From the NCBI GenBank assembly GCA_051530055.1, contig CM121342.1, positions 344,797 through 408,796 on the forward strand: a stretch of DNA of 64,000 nt, given 5' to 3'. Of this stretch, positions 13,845 through 26,634 are shown piece by piece (position 1 is the first letter of the stretch; the number at the start of each line of letters is the position of its first letter). Source of the stretch: Neoechinorhynchus agilis (Eukaryota; Animalia; Acanthocephala). Position numbers and translations under genes: made by a program. Under the pieces are notes generated by a model, which saw only the letters and a program-made list of their open reading frames with translations, was not told where the DNA came from and made no database searches.

Positions 13845-14031
13845 TGTCTATAAAGACGTACAGTAAATGCACCTCACTTTATAAGTAGAGCAAAATTTCG
13901 TCCGTAACTTTTCTCAGTCCAAAAAATTAACACCCAGAGCGGTGGTGTGAATGATTTCTGCTCCGAGATTCTGAAGGTTATGTTGATTTAAAAACGCAAC
14001 ATACAAATCCCAATTGAATCCAATTTTCGAA

Positions 14032-14173
14032 CAATCACCACCGTCCGCAAAAATCGGAGCTTCTCTCCTTCCTCGGCTGTCGCTATCACGCTAGCAGCAT
14101 TGCCTCATTGTACTGCAAGCGAGATATTTTGTCGCAGGAATACACCTGCCCGTGCATCGTCGGTCGTTTCTCT
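14032..14173 (-). mobile_element. 5'-truncated 3' tip of CRE-like element (same subfamily as 700-960)
   Basis: Near-identical, in reverse complement, to 820-950 (gcaatgctgctagcgtgatagcgacag...gaggaaggagagaagct). Confidence 0.8.
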
Positions 14174-14851
14174 AAAAAAAGAGCAATTAAAAATGCAGAA
14201 CTTATTCTTAAGAGAACACGGGAAGAATTTCTACCGTATTTAAGGAGGCCGAATTTCTTCTAATTGGTCATATTTAAGTCTCAAAATGCAGAGTATTTTT
14301 ATTTTGAATGAAAAGGATGGTTTGACTGTATTAAAATAAAACAAATGAAGTCAGTAAGCTGCTGCATTTTTATGGATGTTAATTATTCAGGGATTTGATT
14401 GTCAGCGTCATTTGTTTGGACGTAGAACCTGAGACATAATTATTTCATGAGTATGTGGCGGCGGGGAAAAGATTATATCAAAGAACGATTGAAATATTTC
14501 GTCCAATCACACTGGACTTCTTCAGTCAGGTATCTAAAAAGGAATTCGGCAACCTCATTGTCTTATTAGGAGGTATCCTCGACTTTAGGGAAAAATCTGT
14601 CTTGTTTCCCTCGAAAGTATTTGCTCCCTGAATGAACATGGCCTCGATGATAACACGCCCAACCCTATAAGGTTAAAGGGATGCAGATCGTCTTTTAAGT
14701 CGAGATATTCATCTGTGTTCATGTTTATTTTCTCCAATACGTTGCCATTAAAATGGCATCCTTTAAAAACATTCCCATTTGCCCGAAATAAAAATTGTCC
14801 TTGATGGAAAATTTTTATTATCTTCTCTAATTGATCTTTATACGATATTGC

Positions 14852-17800
14852 TCAATACTCATCGATTTCCTGCTCGTCTCCTGATCCATCGTTCGTATCA
14901 AATCCAACTTCCTCATAATCTCGCTCAAGTGCAGCCAAATCCTCGCGTGCTTCAGAGAATTCTCCCTCCTCCATTCCCTCTCCGACATACCAATGAACGA
15001 ATGCTCGTTTTGCATACATAAGATCAAACTTATTATCCAACCTAGCCCATGCCTCTGCAATTGCCGTTGTATTGCTGATCATACAAAGTGCTCGTGGCAC
15101 CTTAGCAAGGTCTGCACCGGGTACGACGAACGGCGGCTGATAGTTGATTCCTACCTTAAATCCCGTCGGGCACCAATCAACGAATTGAATGCTTCTTTTA
15201 GTCTTGATCGTCGCGATTGCACTGTTCACATCTTTTGGAACCACATCTCCTCGATAGAGAAGACAGCATGCCATGTACTTTCCATTTCTAGGGTCGCATT
15301 TGACCATTTGGTTACCCGGCTCAAAACATGCATTAGTGATATCAGGAACTGAGAATGCCTCATGAAGAGATCGTTCTGATGAGACAATCGGCGCATATGT
15401 TACCAAAGGGAAATGAATTCGCGGATAAGGTACAAGATTCGTTTGGAATTCTGTCAAATCGACGTTTAATGCTCCATCGAACCGCAGTGATGCCGTGATC
15501 GAACTGACAATCTGACTAATGAGACGATTAAGGTTAAGGTATGTTGGTCGTTCCACGTTTAGATTGCGATGACACAGATCGTAAATGGCTTCGTTGTCGA
15601 CCATGAACGCACAATCAGTGTGTTCAAGAGTGCAGTGAGTGGTCAATATCGAGTTGTAGGGCTCAACTACAGCCGTGGAAACTTGGGGTGCTGGATAAAC
15701 TGCGAATTCCAGCTTAGATTTCTTTCCATAATCACTACTCAATCTTTCCATTAAAAGCGAAGTGAATCCAGATCCAGTACCACCGCCGAACGAGTGGAAC
15801 ACCAAGAAACCTTGAAGGCCGTGGCATTGATCCGTCTGTGCAAATCAATAGTTTACTATAATTTCTCTACCTAACAGAAAAGACTTACGATTCTTCTAAT
15901 TTTATCTAATACTCCATCGATCAACTCCTTGCCAATAGTGTAATGACCTCTCGCATAATTGTTAGCGGCATCTTCTTTCCCATTTATCATTTGCTCAGGG
16001 TGGAAAAGCTGTCTATACTCTCCATGTCGAATCTCATCTTAAGAGTGGGTAAATTTGATAAAATTTCTCTTTTTGAAAATTTAAAGAAACGAAGAATTGT
16101 CTTTTCCTAATTTCTTAGTGTTCGCGGTAAAAATCTGTACTACTTTAACGATAAGTGCATCTATTGTTTGAAACAATATTGACAAACAATAAGCACTAAC
16201 GATAAGTGCATCTATTGTTTGAAACAATATTGACAAACAATAAGCAGTAAAAAAACGGCCGGTAATTATTCGAGATTTCTTGTCAATCAAAGAAACCAAA
16301 TCAATTTTAATGGACTAAAAAGTATTTACAAACATTCATGCCGCCGCTCTGGATCACTCAGCTGCCGTCCTGGTGTAACGTTCGAAGAGACGAATGCAGC
16401 GTACCCCCGTTGCACAGCCAGACTAGCAAGATGCAAAATCGATACGACACTATAATCTTCACCTTCCTTCAATGCTCTCTCAATTTAAAAAATTGAAGAC
16501 ATCTAGATATGTCACTTAAGTAATTTTGGGATAAAAAACAGCTTGCGATTATTTTGCTTACGAATTGTCACTATCTTGGGGGGGGGACGGAATTTGTAAG
16601 CATAATATATTTAAACTATGCCTCGCCATATCGATTTTGAAAAAGCCAAGTGCAGTCCCAGAAATGGACGAAAGTCTTCTAATGTTCTCGTTGCTTTAGC
16701 CTCTTCTAGGATGCACTTCGAATGGCTCTATGCAAGATTTTTGTTTCAATTTTCATTGAAGACAAGCTGTGCTACCTAAACTTAAACTCATTAAATCGAA
16801 GAATCGTATTTCTATGCGTTTAACAATAATATGAGGTTTTTAGGCATGTTTTTCAAGTAAAGACGCTATTATCCCTCCGAGCATGCATGGAAGTAATAGT
16901 GGTTGCAATGCCGTGAATGAGCTAATAGTACATTAGGGCGCGATATATTTTGTAAATAGAGAAAGCATAAATCGCAATTTACATCTGCCCCTTTTTGTTC
17001 ATTTTGTGATAACATTTAGAGAATGTTATAAGCAACATAACGAGCATCTATTTAATGAGGGTATTTTCAATTTAAAATGTTTTAACTGTATTCTAAAATA
17101 TTAGCGATGTTTGATTCAGAAAATAGATTTATCTTGAAAACTTTTCGGCCTTTTCGTTGGCCTTCTTCAGTCAATTGTTTGTAGGTGTTTACGGCGTTCA
17201 CTTGCAAACAATTGACTGAAGAAGGCCAACAAAAAGGCCGAAAATTTTTCAAAATAAATCTATTTTCTGAATCAAACATCGCTAATTGAAACTGAAACTA
17301 TAATGAATAATTTCTTTACAATTCTAGAATATATAAATTTCCCATTGTCAATGCGCTTACCTATGACTGACGGTTCAAGATCCACTAAGATGGCCCTTGG
17401 AACAAATTTCCCTGATCCAGTCTCGCTGAAGAAAGTACTGAAAGAGGTTTCTCTGAGACCTAAATTCTTTGATGGTTAATAATGTGCCTTAAAAGGATTC
17501 CGACTTTTTTGTTGATCTCCAAGGCTATCCCGTGAAATGTATCCATCCTTCTGTATTCCATGTTCAAGACAATACAATTCCCAGCACGAATTGCCGATTT
17601 GAACTCCAGCTTGACCGACATGAATACTGATGCACTCGCGCTAAACAAATCAACAAAGGTTGTTAGTTAGATTGATGAGGGCTACGGCAGTGGCCAAAGA
17701 CATCAAACCATTATTATGGGAGAGATCGGGAGCAAGGGATGCGAAGAAAGTGGAGAAGCAAGTTTTCGTCTTGACGCAAATATGCCATTCGCTTTCTGTT

Positions 17801-17921
17801 ATTCGTAATGTCTCATGGGAGAAAAAGGAGGCTTTAGAAACAAGTCTCGTCGTTAGCGTTTTCACTATGCAAACTAATAGCAGAACAAAACTATACTTAC
17901 ATAGATTCCACTGGACACCAT
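14852..17921 (-). CDS. TUBA: Alpha-tubulin, divergent isotype, five exons
   Basis: Exons 17921-17901 (MVSSGIY), 17640-~17506 ([17 protein letters not shown]), 17460-17361, 16037-15889 and 15835-14852 (GGGTGSG; C-terminal EEY-like DEY). All introns can be read as GT-AG. The first-exon assignment is less certain. Confidence 0.93.
16146..16247. repeat. Tandem duplication, 2 x 51 bp, in tubulin intron
   Basis: taacgataagtgcatctattgtttgaaacaatattgacaaacaataagca(c/g) occurs twice head-to-tail. Confidence 0.9.
16321..16455 (-). mobile_element. Divergent CRE-like 3' tip in tubulin intron
   Basis: Minus strand reads [12 protein letters not shown]...stop, matching the SLAIQRGNAASV terminal motif. Confidence 0.5.
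17087..17320. mobile_element. Palindromic MITE/foldback-like element, copy 1 (tubulin intron)
   Basis: Arms of about 85 bp, ttagcgatgtttgattcagaaaatagattt...cagtcaattgtttg / caaacaattgactg...aaatctattttctgaatcaaacatcgctaa, followed by ttgaaactgaaactataatgaataatttctttaca. Related copies at 23581 and 52768. Confidence 0.8.
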
Positions 17922-19112
17922 CTAGAAAGTCGAAGTTAAAATGTAAACGTTGACCGAAGGGTTAAAGTTGTACGGAGACGAAGATACGGATTAGGGATAA
18001 ATCGAAAACTCCATTCCGGTCAGAAGTGTGTGCTGGAGCATTTATACATTTCCGGCGCTGAATGAGACATTACTCTTACACCCGACAAAAGCAATCTGAT
18101 ATGCGACTGTGGAGGGGCATTCGTGGGTGCTACTCTCTCAAGCGCATAAATATGCGACAGTCGCGGACGGATTGCTGTCGCTGCCGAACAGACAACCATC
18201 AATTCTAGGAAGGCGTCGTAATCTCCTCGACGGGGGGGGGAGAAGTCCTAACCAATCCCGTATCAAAGATGTTAGTCCACAGAACGGCTACAGAGGCAGA
18301 ACTGAAGGGTTCGTCGCGTATGCGCCGCAAATATTTGCACGCCTCTCGAGTGAGAGGACTAGGAGCGCCAGGTGCTTCCAATCGACTGCTAATGGTCGAC
18401 TAAGTACAGCGGCTGTTGAGTTTATAAATGGGAAAATCTGACTAAAAAGTACCATTAGAGAGAACGAAGTGATAGAATTAAAGTGTTTTATGCTTTGACG
18501 AAAATTGATTTTTTGGGGCTAACAACAATACACGTTTGCATCAATTCTGAGGCCATTTCCAACCATTAGAATTTTCCGCGTGATGAACGAGTGTTCAACG
18601 AAGCGTCAAGCTGTATTTCCGGATAAACTTTCTCTGCTCTAAAAGTGACACGCGCAATGTATCATTTTTGAAAATTTTACCGTTTAACCAAAAGACGGGT
18701 CATTGTATTTTTCATAATACCTCATCGTTGATAATAAAAACTAACCAATCGAACAAGCTTAGTAAACACCAAAGCGTTTGCATATTCTTTTGTGAGATTG
18801 TCGAGTCGTCAAGCTGGCAGAGGATGCAGAAACAATGGTATTGGAAATAACATTAGTCCAGTATGGATTTAAAAATCAGAAATATAAAAATATAATAATT
18901 CCAAGTAAAGCAAATCGGAGCCTACCTCACAAAACAACACCAAACGCTTTTTTATCCATTTATACGTCGTTGATTGAAGAGAGTTTTAGTTCATTGTAAA
19001 AAGTATAAGCTTGGATATTATACATGCAATGAATGCGCGCGAAGGTTAAGCTTATATAAAATTTACACGAATGGTAAAAATAAAAAGATACAGTCTACAT
19101 CTCATAAAATCC

Positions 19113-19136
19113 GATATTATTATTATTATTATTATT
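19113..19136. repeat. (TAT)n microsatellite
   Basis: Direct run of tattattatt... Confidence 0.85.
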
Positions 19137-20882
19137 TAATATTTAAAGTACAAATTCTGTTAGTCGTGAAAAAACTAAAGACAAAGCATAACAATGAATC
19201 AAAAATGGTAATGATTCGTTAGCATATATGACGAATAACTATAATTGATTATAAATAGTCATTTACGATTGTAGTAATTAGCTTCATTATTGCAAAAAAA
19301 AGACATGAGTAACAACCGATCGAGTTTATAGCCAAAAGCTAAGATTTATGGGATACCGGGGCGAGGCAATTGTTTTGGGATTTTGATAAAATTGCAATTC
19401 TAGAAAAACAACGCAATCGTGAATATTGTGAATGGTGTGCATAACCAATAAAAGGGTTCGATAGGGAGCTTTAATAAAAACAAGCGCATAAACTAAGTCT
19501 ATAATCAAAGAAAAAGGGGAAAAGGACATTTTACAAACAAAAGATTTTTAACCCAAGTATTTCAAATCTATTAAAAATTGTGTTCATCAATGACACGATA
19601 CTAGTCAAATATGTGAACCACCAGAACTTGAAGAGAAAATGTATACATCGATACGTGGTTGTCTTTTTATCCTGAGTGCTGCGTCGCGTACTTTCAATAG
19701 AGATCAAATTTCCATATTTAATTGTATGTTTAATAAGATCTCTATAAGTGTTGAGTACTCAGCGTTGATAAGCAGTTACTAAGCGAAACATTGAAATGTC
19801 CACGTTTGTATAAAAATCCGAGACGTTCGTTTAGATACTAATTTTGATTTTTATCGAATTATTTAAAGCCTTGATCCTTTAAAACGATCAAAAGTCACCC
19901 TCCATTCAAATTGTTAATAACAAAAATGTTGTTCCGAATGGTTAATGTTTTCTAGCGTTCAATTTCCAAAAAAACAACGAATCATTAGTATTAGTTGCAA
20001 GTCATTAGATGATAAGACCGAAAATAGTCGAATAAAAAATTTTAGCATTTGATTTTTGAACCATAATTCTGCTTATATTAAGCGTCCACAAGATTATTCG
20101 GGCGTTACAAAGGAGTTGCGTGATATGCGCAGTGTCCATTTCCGTGTTCATGAGTAACGGAATGTTTCCTTTCAGCCTTGTTTAATTGATGAAAACGGGA
20201 ATACGAGTACAAATTCAACGGCCACCGACTTTTTAAAAATACGCGATAACATTTGTCTTTTTTGGATAAATATGCAAACGGTATATCAGGTTGCGTCCGA
20301 ACATACGTCTGTACATGCGGTAAGCGCTACGATATGCATAGTTTAGACGCGTATTCGTCGAGTTGCGCGTACACGTATAAATACGAATCGAACAAAAATG
20401 TCAACAAGATCCACGCAAGTAGCTTTAAGCTAAAAAAATTGCACATACGATGACCAATGACGATTGTTCAACGAGTTTCATCTCGTCCAATCGAGTATAA
20501 AATCACTTCGAAAGCGTTGACGTCATCAATCGTTCTTTTGGCGTCATAACGTTTCGTCGCTAAATGTTACTACACTTAGATTATGATCTGAACTCTTTCC
20601 AGTTTATATGTAAACAAGTGCTTTTCAGTGCAAATTTTTTAAAATGGCACGATGGCACTCTTATATTCTACCATATTCTCTAGTCTCCGATGTAATGCGT
20701 CATATGCTGACGTCACGCTCAGAAATGCCGGACTAGTTGCCTATTCAACTCGGGTTTCTCTGATTCAATGCAGAATTGCACAAATGACGTCATATGGACA
20801 TCTCGTGAGTTCTTACAGTTCACCGATTAAGCTATAATGCCGAGTATCGATTTCAGATATTCTTAATTGGACAATAAATTGA

Positions 20883-23189
20883 ATGGATAGATCACAAGCT
20901 TTCGCTAAAAGAAAAATGAATGTTGCACCAGTTCGAATGTTCGCACATGCTCCATTTTTGTTAGAAATGGAAGACCTCGTGCATATTGGAATGATAGCCG
21001 AGATACCGTACTTTTTGTCTGAGCAACCTTATCCGGTGTATTGGTTCGCTGAGATTATTGCCATCGATGGATATATGTGCTGTTTTAAGTACTTGGACGG
21101 TGATTGCAGTCAACCGATTTGGCTAAATATCGGTTGTCCTGAGATTTATCCATTGAATTTGGGTGAGCGACAATCAGATCGAATAATAGAAATCCCGGTG
21201 TCACTGCGCAAACAGAACGTTTCTGGGTATTTGGAAAAGGAATTTACGGATAAAGAATACGTAACCGGTTCGATAAGATCAACTTTGCATGAAGAGCTTG
21301 AGAGCGTCCTGAAAGTGGGAATGTTGGTAGAAGTCAGCAATATGAGTGAAAATAACTGTGTCCAGCTCGGTCGTGTAATTCAAGTTAGAGGAAGAAGGGC
21401 TCAGATTGTCTTCAGTGAAACGCCTTCGTACGATGTGTGGATGCACGAAATGGACGAGAACCTGCATCCCCCCGGCTGGGCTGCTTTTCTCGGTGTATCC
21501 ATTGATGCGGACAAAGAATATCTTACAACTTACCGGAACATACTTCTTTCAATGTTTCTCAGAAGGTGATCTAGGTAAAATGTCCGATTCAAAAGCCAGT
21601 TCTTATCAAATTAAGCGGTGAAAAATCATTTCTAAAGGCTAGTTTTTAAAATGACCATTAAGGTGCGGATAATGATTTTCGATCTTATTTAATTTTGGTG
21701 CGCTTGTCTTCAGGTCAACAATGTTATTTACCTAACGCAACACGTCGTCTTGATTGATAAATGCGGTTGATATGATTTACCAAAATCGCACTTAGTATAT
21801 CTTTATAATACCTTTGGATTAAACGAAGTTCCCATAAAAACGATAGAAATTCTATTGTACACACATAACTAAAGTGCGTACTTCGTGGGATCTATTGACG
21901 AATGTAAATTAGGAAAAATTACTTAAAACCTGTAACGAAGATTTGTGCGACGTGTTGTATAGAACATCTCTATAGAATGCCCAAATTTCTCGTATTTTCC
22001 TATTTTTTGTACTCGCTACCTGAAAAATCGATATTTTTGCACCTAATTCTTCATGTATTAGAATTATTGTAGTGTCTTTTAATAACCAACAAACTGATGG
22101 TGAACCATTACGCTGTTCGCAGAACATCTTTAATAAAAAATTATTTACTGGATGAAAACCTAAACAATAATTCTAATCATATACCTCGGTACCTCATATA
22201 TCGACATCTTCATGTATTACCCGCTTATCGTTCGCCTGAATAAAAGAATTTAAGGGAAATTAGTGATAGAGTGAAGCAAATTAGTTATATATCATAGATG
22301 GTTGCTAAAGTGCTGCCGAATTATGTTTAAGAAGCCACAAAAGCCGTTCAAACTAGCAAGAGCGAATAATCAGTCTTTATCCCCTATGAAGGAAAAAATA
22401 CCACCGGCAAACTTAGAATCGTCCAGAAATGTCTTACTCTCCACTTTCACAGCTATTTTTGGAGCATAATAAACAATAAGTCATTTGATAGTAGGACGAA
22501 AGCTGGGAAGCATTGAATCTACACGGAGAATAGTGGATGCAGAAAACAAGGTAGACCAGCTATTTTTCAACAAGATATTTGATCTTCCATCAAACGACGG
22601 AGATTACCAGTACCTCGAAGTTGGAATGATGCTCGAGATTGTAAATCCTTTTCGGAAAGGTACAATGAGTGTTGCTACGGTTGTAAACATCTACCCTTAC
22701 GGATTCTTCGCTGTCCGCATTGAGAGATGTGATGGCATGTATGAGCAGTCGATAGAACAGCGTTATCGCTTCATCCTTCATACGAGCAGTCTTCAAATCT
22801 TTCCCGTAGGATACTGTCAAGCACACGGAATAGCCCTGTCGGGACCCTCAGCTTACATGCACAATGGTACATTTTCGTGGCACCAGTTTATATTTTCCTG
22901 GAAATGCAAAATGGTCCCGAAAAGACTGTTTCTGTCAGAAGTTGCAGATAATAAATTTGAGAACGGAATGGAACTTGAGATGGTCGACGTCCTGAAACCT
23001 GGTGATATCTATCAGGGATGCGTTGTCGGAAAAGCCGGAAGTTTGTTGCGGTTGCACTATGTAGGAATGGAACAGTCATTCGATATATGGACTCATCATC
23101 GTTCGCCGAATATCTTCCCCGTTGGATTCTGCGAACTTTGTGGAATTGAACTTAAGTTTTCCACGAGTGAAGAAACGCAGCTATTGTAG
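20883..23189 (+). CDS. MBT-repeat chromatin reader (four MBT-like repeats; L3MBTL2/MBTD1/Sfmbt-like), two large coding blocks; 5' end unresolved
   Basis: MBT motifs LKVGMLVEV...DVWMHEMDENLHPPGWA, LEVGMMLEIVNP...IFPVGYCQAHGIAL and FENGMELEMVD...LRLHYVGMEQSFDIWTHHRSPNIFPVGFC. Confidence 0.85.
21545..22523 (+). other. About 975-nt intervening sequence in the MBT gene with 15-bp complementary ends
   Basis: TTCAATGTTTCTCAG (21548-21562) pairs with CTGGGAAGCATTGAA (22503-22517): 13 Watson-Crick plus 2 GU pairs. Confidence 0.6.
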
Positions 23190-23580
23190 TTTAAGCGCAA
23201 AGTTCAAGTATGGTAATGTGTTATAAATGTGTTTATTTCGACTGTATGTGAAGCCCTTTAAACATTTAAATTTTCTTAGCGTACCAAACTCTTGAACCTT
23301 TTACTGGACAGCTACGTGCTTGCACAATACGGCTTAGAATGGGAACATCTGAGAATATTTTCTGCTCTCGTGCAAATCCGACTGCTTTAGAAAGAATTTT
23401 TGTTTAGCCGTCGTGTTGTTCAAAGAATTAAACGAGAATGGTGCCGCTATTTAAGTCGCGACAAAATCCAAGTATGTAACGAGTTTCATTCATCGTTCAA
23501 TTTTGAGTCGAAAAAACCCAATGGCGCGGAGCCAAATAAACACGGTATCAATAAAAGTCAATCTTATACTTGAGCAAAAT

Positions 23581-23657
23581 AGAAATTCACAAGTTTCAGT
23601 AAAAAACAACAAACATCGCTAATTGAAACTGAAACTATAATGAATAATTTCTCTACA
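23581..23657. mobile_element. Internally deleted copy of the palindromic element
   Basis: agaaatt...agtttcagt (left outer arm) joined to aaacatcgctaattgaaactgaaactataatgaataatttctctaca (right arm). Confidence 0.7.
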
Positions 23658-24248
23658 AAAACTTTTTATTTTTTTTGTAGTTTTTTAACAAGAGCATACA
23701 TAATTTATAGTTTCTTCGACGCCCCTATTCATCGGCGCAGGCCAAAATGCTAGCCGCATTGCCCCGCTGCACCGCAATGCTTATTTTTTTTTGGGCTAGG
23801 AACGAAGTCGATCTTGGCTCCCCAGTCGCCGCGTTGATTCGTTTCCCCAATTCCTTCACGAGGGCCAGTGCCGACCCTCCCAAGGCCCCATACGTTTCCA
23901 CACCGAAGGGGGCAAAATGGTAATTTCGGATTAGCTCCCTGTATTTTGAGCATTTCCGATCCTCTGCAGCCGTCGCCGCTGCAACAAACTAACAAGTATA
24001 AACAATGCGCTTTGCTTCCGGAAGAATAAAACGCAAAATTATTGGGTCTGATGAATGGTTTTAAAACTGAAGTAGAAATTCTGGATGAGTCGAAGCCCAA
24101 AGCGAAAGATGGTTTATAAAACTTTAAGGAAACCACCGTGTGAGATGAAAATGCGTTACGTGGTTTAAGTGTGCTCTTTTTCTTTGTTAAACGCTACCGA
24201 TTGAATATTTTCGCACGCGTCAATCTACTCTTTAGATTATTACAATTA

Positions 24249-24761
24249 ATGAGCAAAGACTTTTTCCAGCCGAAAAACACCGACTATGCGATGTCGCTAT
24301 ATGATGAAAAATTGGAATCGCAATTCGTGGATTTGGTCACCAGGAGAAAGATACAATGCTTGGAAGCCGAAAATCGGCGATTGAAAATAAGAACAAGTGA
24401 AATGAGCATAGAAGTCACGGAGATGAAGGAAAAGCTTAAACGTACAAAAGAATCAATGGCGTCACAGGAGCAATGCTCCGTATTGAACGTACGACATGTA
24501 AGTGAGCTTCAAACGGAGCTAGAGAAAGCCCGAGTCGAAATAGTTAGATTACGGCAGGAGAATGAAAAACTAAAGAACGAGAAGGTGCAGAGAAATTTAG
24601 AGGAAAACAAGAAGATAGAAGGCGAAATGAAAGCTTGCATGATTTTCTCGTCCCAAGAATCTCTTAATTCCGACGAGCTATCAAGCGCCAGCGATCAGCC
24701 AGAAATGTCTCCTGAAGAGATCCTGGAGTTTGTTAAATGGGATCTGACGAAGCTTATTTAA
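24249..24761 (+). CDS. Coiled-coil protein of unknown function (MSKDFF...)
   Basis: Uninterrupted ORF of about 170 codons with heptad, E/K-rich character (LEAENRRLKIRTSEMSIEVTEMKEKL; ELQTELEKARVEIVRLRQENEKLKNE). Confidence 0.6.
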   Translation: MSKDFFQPKNTDYAMSLYDEKLESQFVDLVTRRKIQCLEAENRRLKIRTSEMSIEVTEMKEKLKRTKESMASQEQCSVLNVRHVSELQTELEKARVEIVRLRQENEKLKNEKVQRNLEENKKIEGEMKACMIFSSQESLNSDELSSASDQPEMSPEEILEFVKWDLTKLI

Positions 24762-25464
24762 AATAGGACGCAAATACGCTACTTGTTCATGTTAATTTCG
24801 TGTGCGTGTAGGTATCCAAATTAATGTACTATAAATTTAGCTCGGGTTTGTGACATTAAGAAAGGAGTTGAAAATGGTGGAAATTTAGACTCGTGAAAAT
24901 AATTTAAATATTTTTGTTTCCCGGTTTTGCGTATTGGTATCACGTTACTAAGAAAAAAAGTGCATGGCATAAAATTAATCAAAAATAAATTTTGATACTG
25001 ACAGAATATCTTAGAAATATGAGACTGTCATCATTATCATCGGAAACGACGTATTGATCGAAGAAAAGATGGCATAGTGTAGTTCTTCGATTACAGGCTA
25101 TCCCTTCTGAGAGAATCGCAGCAATCACAACAACGCACTTCTGTACGCATTTCAAGTTTGATTGTGAAGTACATAGACGGAATTAGACAGAGCGCGGCTA
25201 TTGAACGATTGATTCTTTTTCGCTACAGCCAAATATCAAAAAATTCCTATGCGGAAAATATCGATGAACGTAAACTTGTCCAATCGACGTTTATTCAATC
25301 AATTAGCGAGAAAATGATTGAGTAAAAAATACTTCCTACAAATTGAAAGAAGAAAATTTGTAGTGCTATAACAAGGATCCAGTTGGTGACATATATTCCT
25401 TAGGCTGTTAATGCATTTCCATTTCAGCTAGTAACTGTTTATTTGTGGAAAAAGCTTGAGCTTC

Positions 25465-26634
25465 CTACGACAATTTAGGAAACTGGGCGTCGTCGTTTAG
25501 GTCATAGTTGACTTCGGCGTCCGGTCTTGAGCTTACCTGCTGTTGACCTCCGCGCCATCCACGTTGCTGCTGCCCTCCTCTCTCGCCTCCACGCATTCCT
25601 CTTCTAAATATCTGTCCTCCGCCAAATCCTCTGTTAGCTCGTCCGCCACGTCCACCTCTTCCACGAGGCTGCTCAACCGGCTTTAACGAAAACATATTTC
25701 TAACAACCGAAGTAATCTCCGCATTTTTACCCGCAACACATTCATCCTCTTCTAGCTCTTCGTCTTGATCACTCTCCACTGTCTTCTCAGTCGAGGCTGG
25801 CTTTTTTTTCTGAATAATGAGAGCAGGTTTAGCCCATTTATTAGGATTTTCCCCTTCGCCGGCTTTCCTAGCCGGCGCCTTCTCCACGGATCGCTTAGGT
25901 TTCTGTTTTTCCATCATTTCCGTCCACTCTTGAACAGTCATTGTTTCTGGCGATGGCTCACGTTGAGCCACTTCGGGAGGAAGTTGATCGCCACTAATTT
26001 CTGTTGGCTCCTCCTCTTCAGCCACAGGCTGATCCTCGATGACCTGAGCAGGGATTTCCTCGGGGCGACCCCAATTATGAGCCCCACCTCCATGCCTTTT
26101 CTCTTCGGCTTTAATCGAAGTTCTAGCGTCACCAGAATGCCGATCGAACTGACGGCGACCACCTCGTTGGTTTCCTCTACCACCGCCACCGCCACTTCCT
26201 CCTCTACGGTATTCCGTTCGTTGAAATGGAGCACCACCCTCGAAATCATTGATTGGGGGTGGTCCACGTGGTTGGTACGGACGACGTCCACGCCCACCAC
26301 CTCGATGAAAGGTCATCTCTCCAAAATCACTAGGAGGTTGACGCCGTGGTGGTCGAACTTGTTGTTGTTGTTGTGGTGGCGGTGGTGGTGGCGGCGGTGA
26401 TGGCGGTGGTGGCGCAGCATTGGCAACGGGCTCCTGTTTTGGTGGTTGTGGAGCGGCCGGTGGTATTGATTTCTCAGGCGGTAGCTGTTCCGTTGTTGGT
26501 TTTGGCGGTGGTTTCTTCTTTTTTTCGCCTTTCGGAACACGGCTGGTCGAAGCGAGTGCCGCCTCGAATGGATCACCGGAGTCCTTAATCGCACTAAAGC
26601 GATTTTTCACACTACAAGCGTACTCGATCTCCAT
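25465..26634 (-). CDS. SERBP1: SERBP1/HABP4/PAI-RBP1 family RGG RNA-binding protein, intronless
   Basis: N-terminal Y..VKNRF...DPF, RQFDRHSG...EEKRHGGGAHNWG, MTVQEW, RGG boxes and C-terminal DLNDDAQFPKL. Confidence 0.88.
   Translation of the reverse strand: MEIEYACSVKNRFSAIKDSGDPFEAALASTSRVPKGEKKKKPPPKPTTEQLPPEKSIPPAAPQPPKQEPVANAAPPPPSPPPPPPPPQQQQQVRPPRRQPPSDFGEMTFHRGGGRGRRPYQPRGPPPINDFEGGAPFQRTEYRRGGSGGGGGRGNQRGGRRQFDRHSGDARTSIKAEEKRHGGGAHNWGRPEEIPAQVIEDQPVAEEEEPTEISGDQLPPEVAQREPSPETMTVQEWTEMMEKQKPKRSVEKAPARKAGEGENPNKWAKPALIIQKKKPASTEKTVESDQDEELEEDECVAGKNAEITSVVRNMFSLKPVEQPRGRGGRGGRANRGFGGGQIFRRGMRGGERGGQQQRGWRGGQQQVSSRPDAEVNYDLNDDAQFPKLS

Noticed and set aside
17461-17520. Tubulin intron 2 as another hairpin intron (6-bp and 8-bp partial stems)
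   Set aside because: The pairing is weak and interrupted, a GT-AG solution of normal size exists, and the hairpin reading does not improve the alignment.
20640-20890. Upstream MBT exon (MARWHSYI or DILNW) joined by another hairpin intron
   Set aside because: Only weak, bulged complementarity and several incompatible options; it cannot be resolved from sequence alone.
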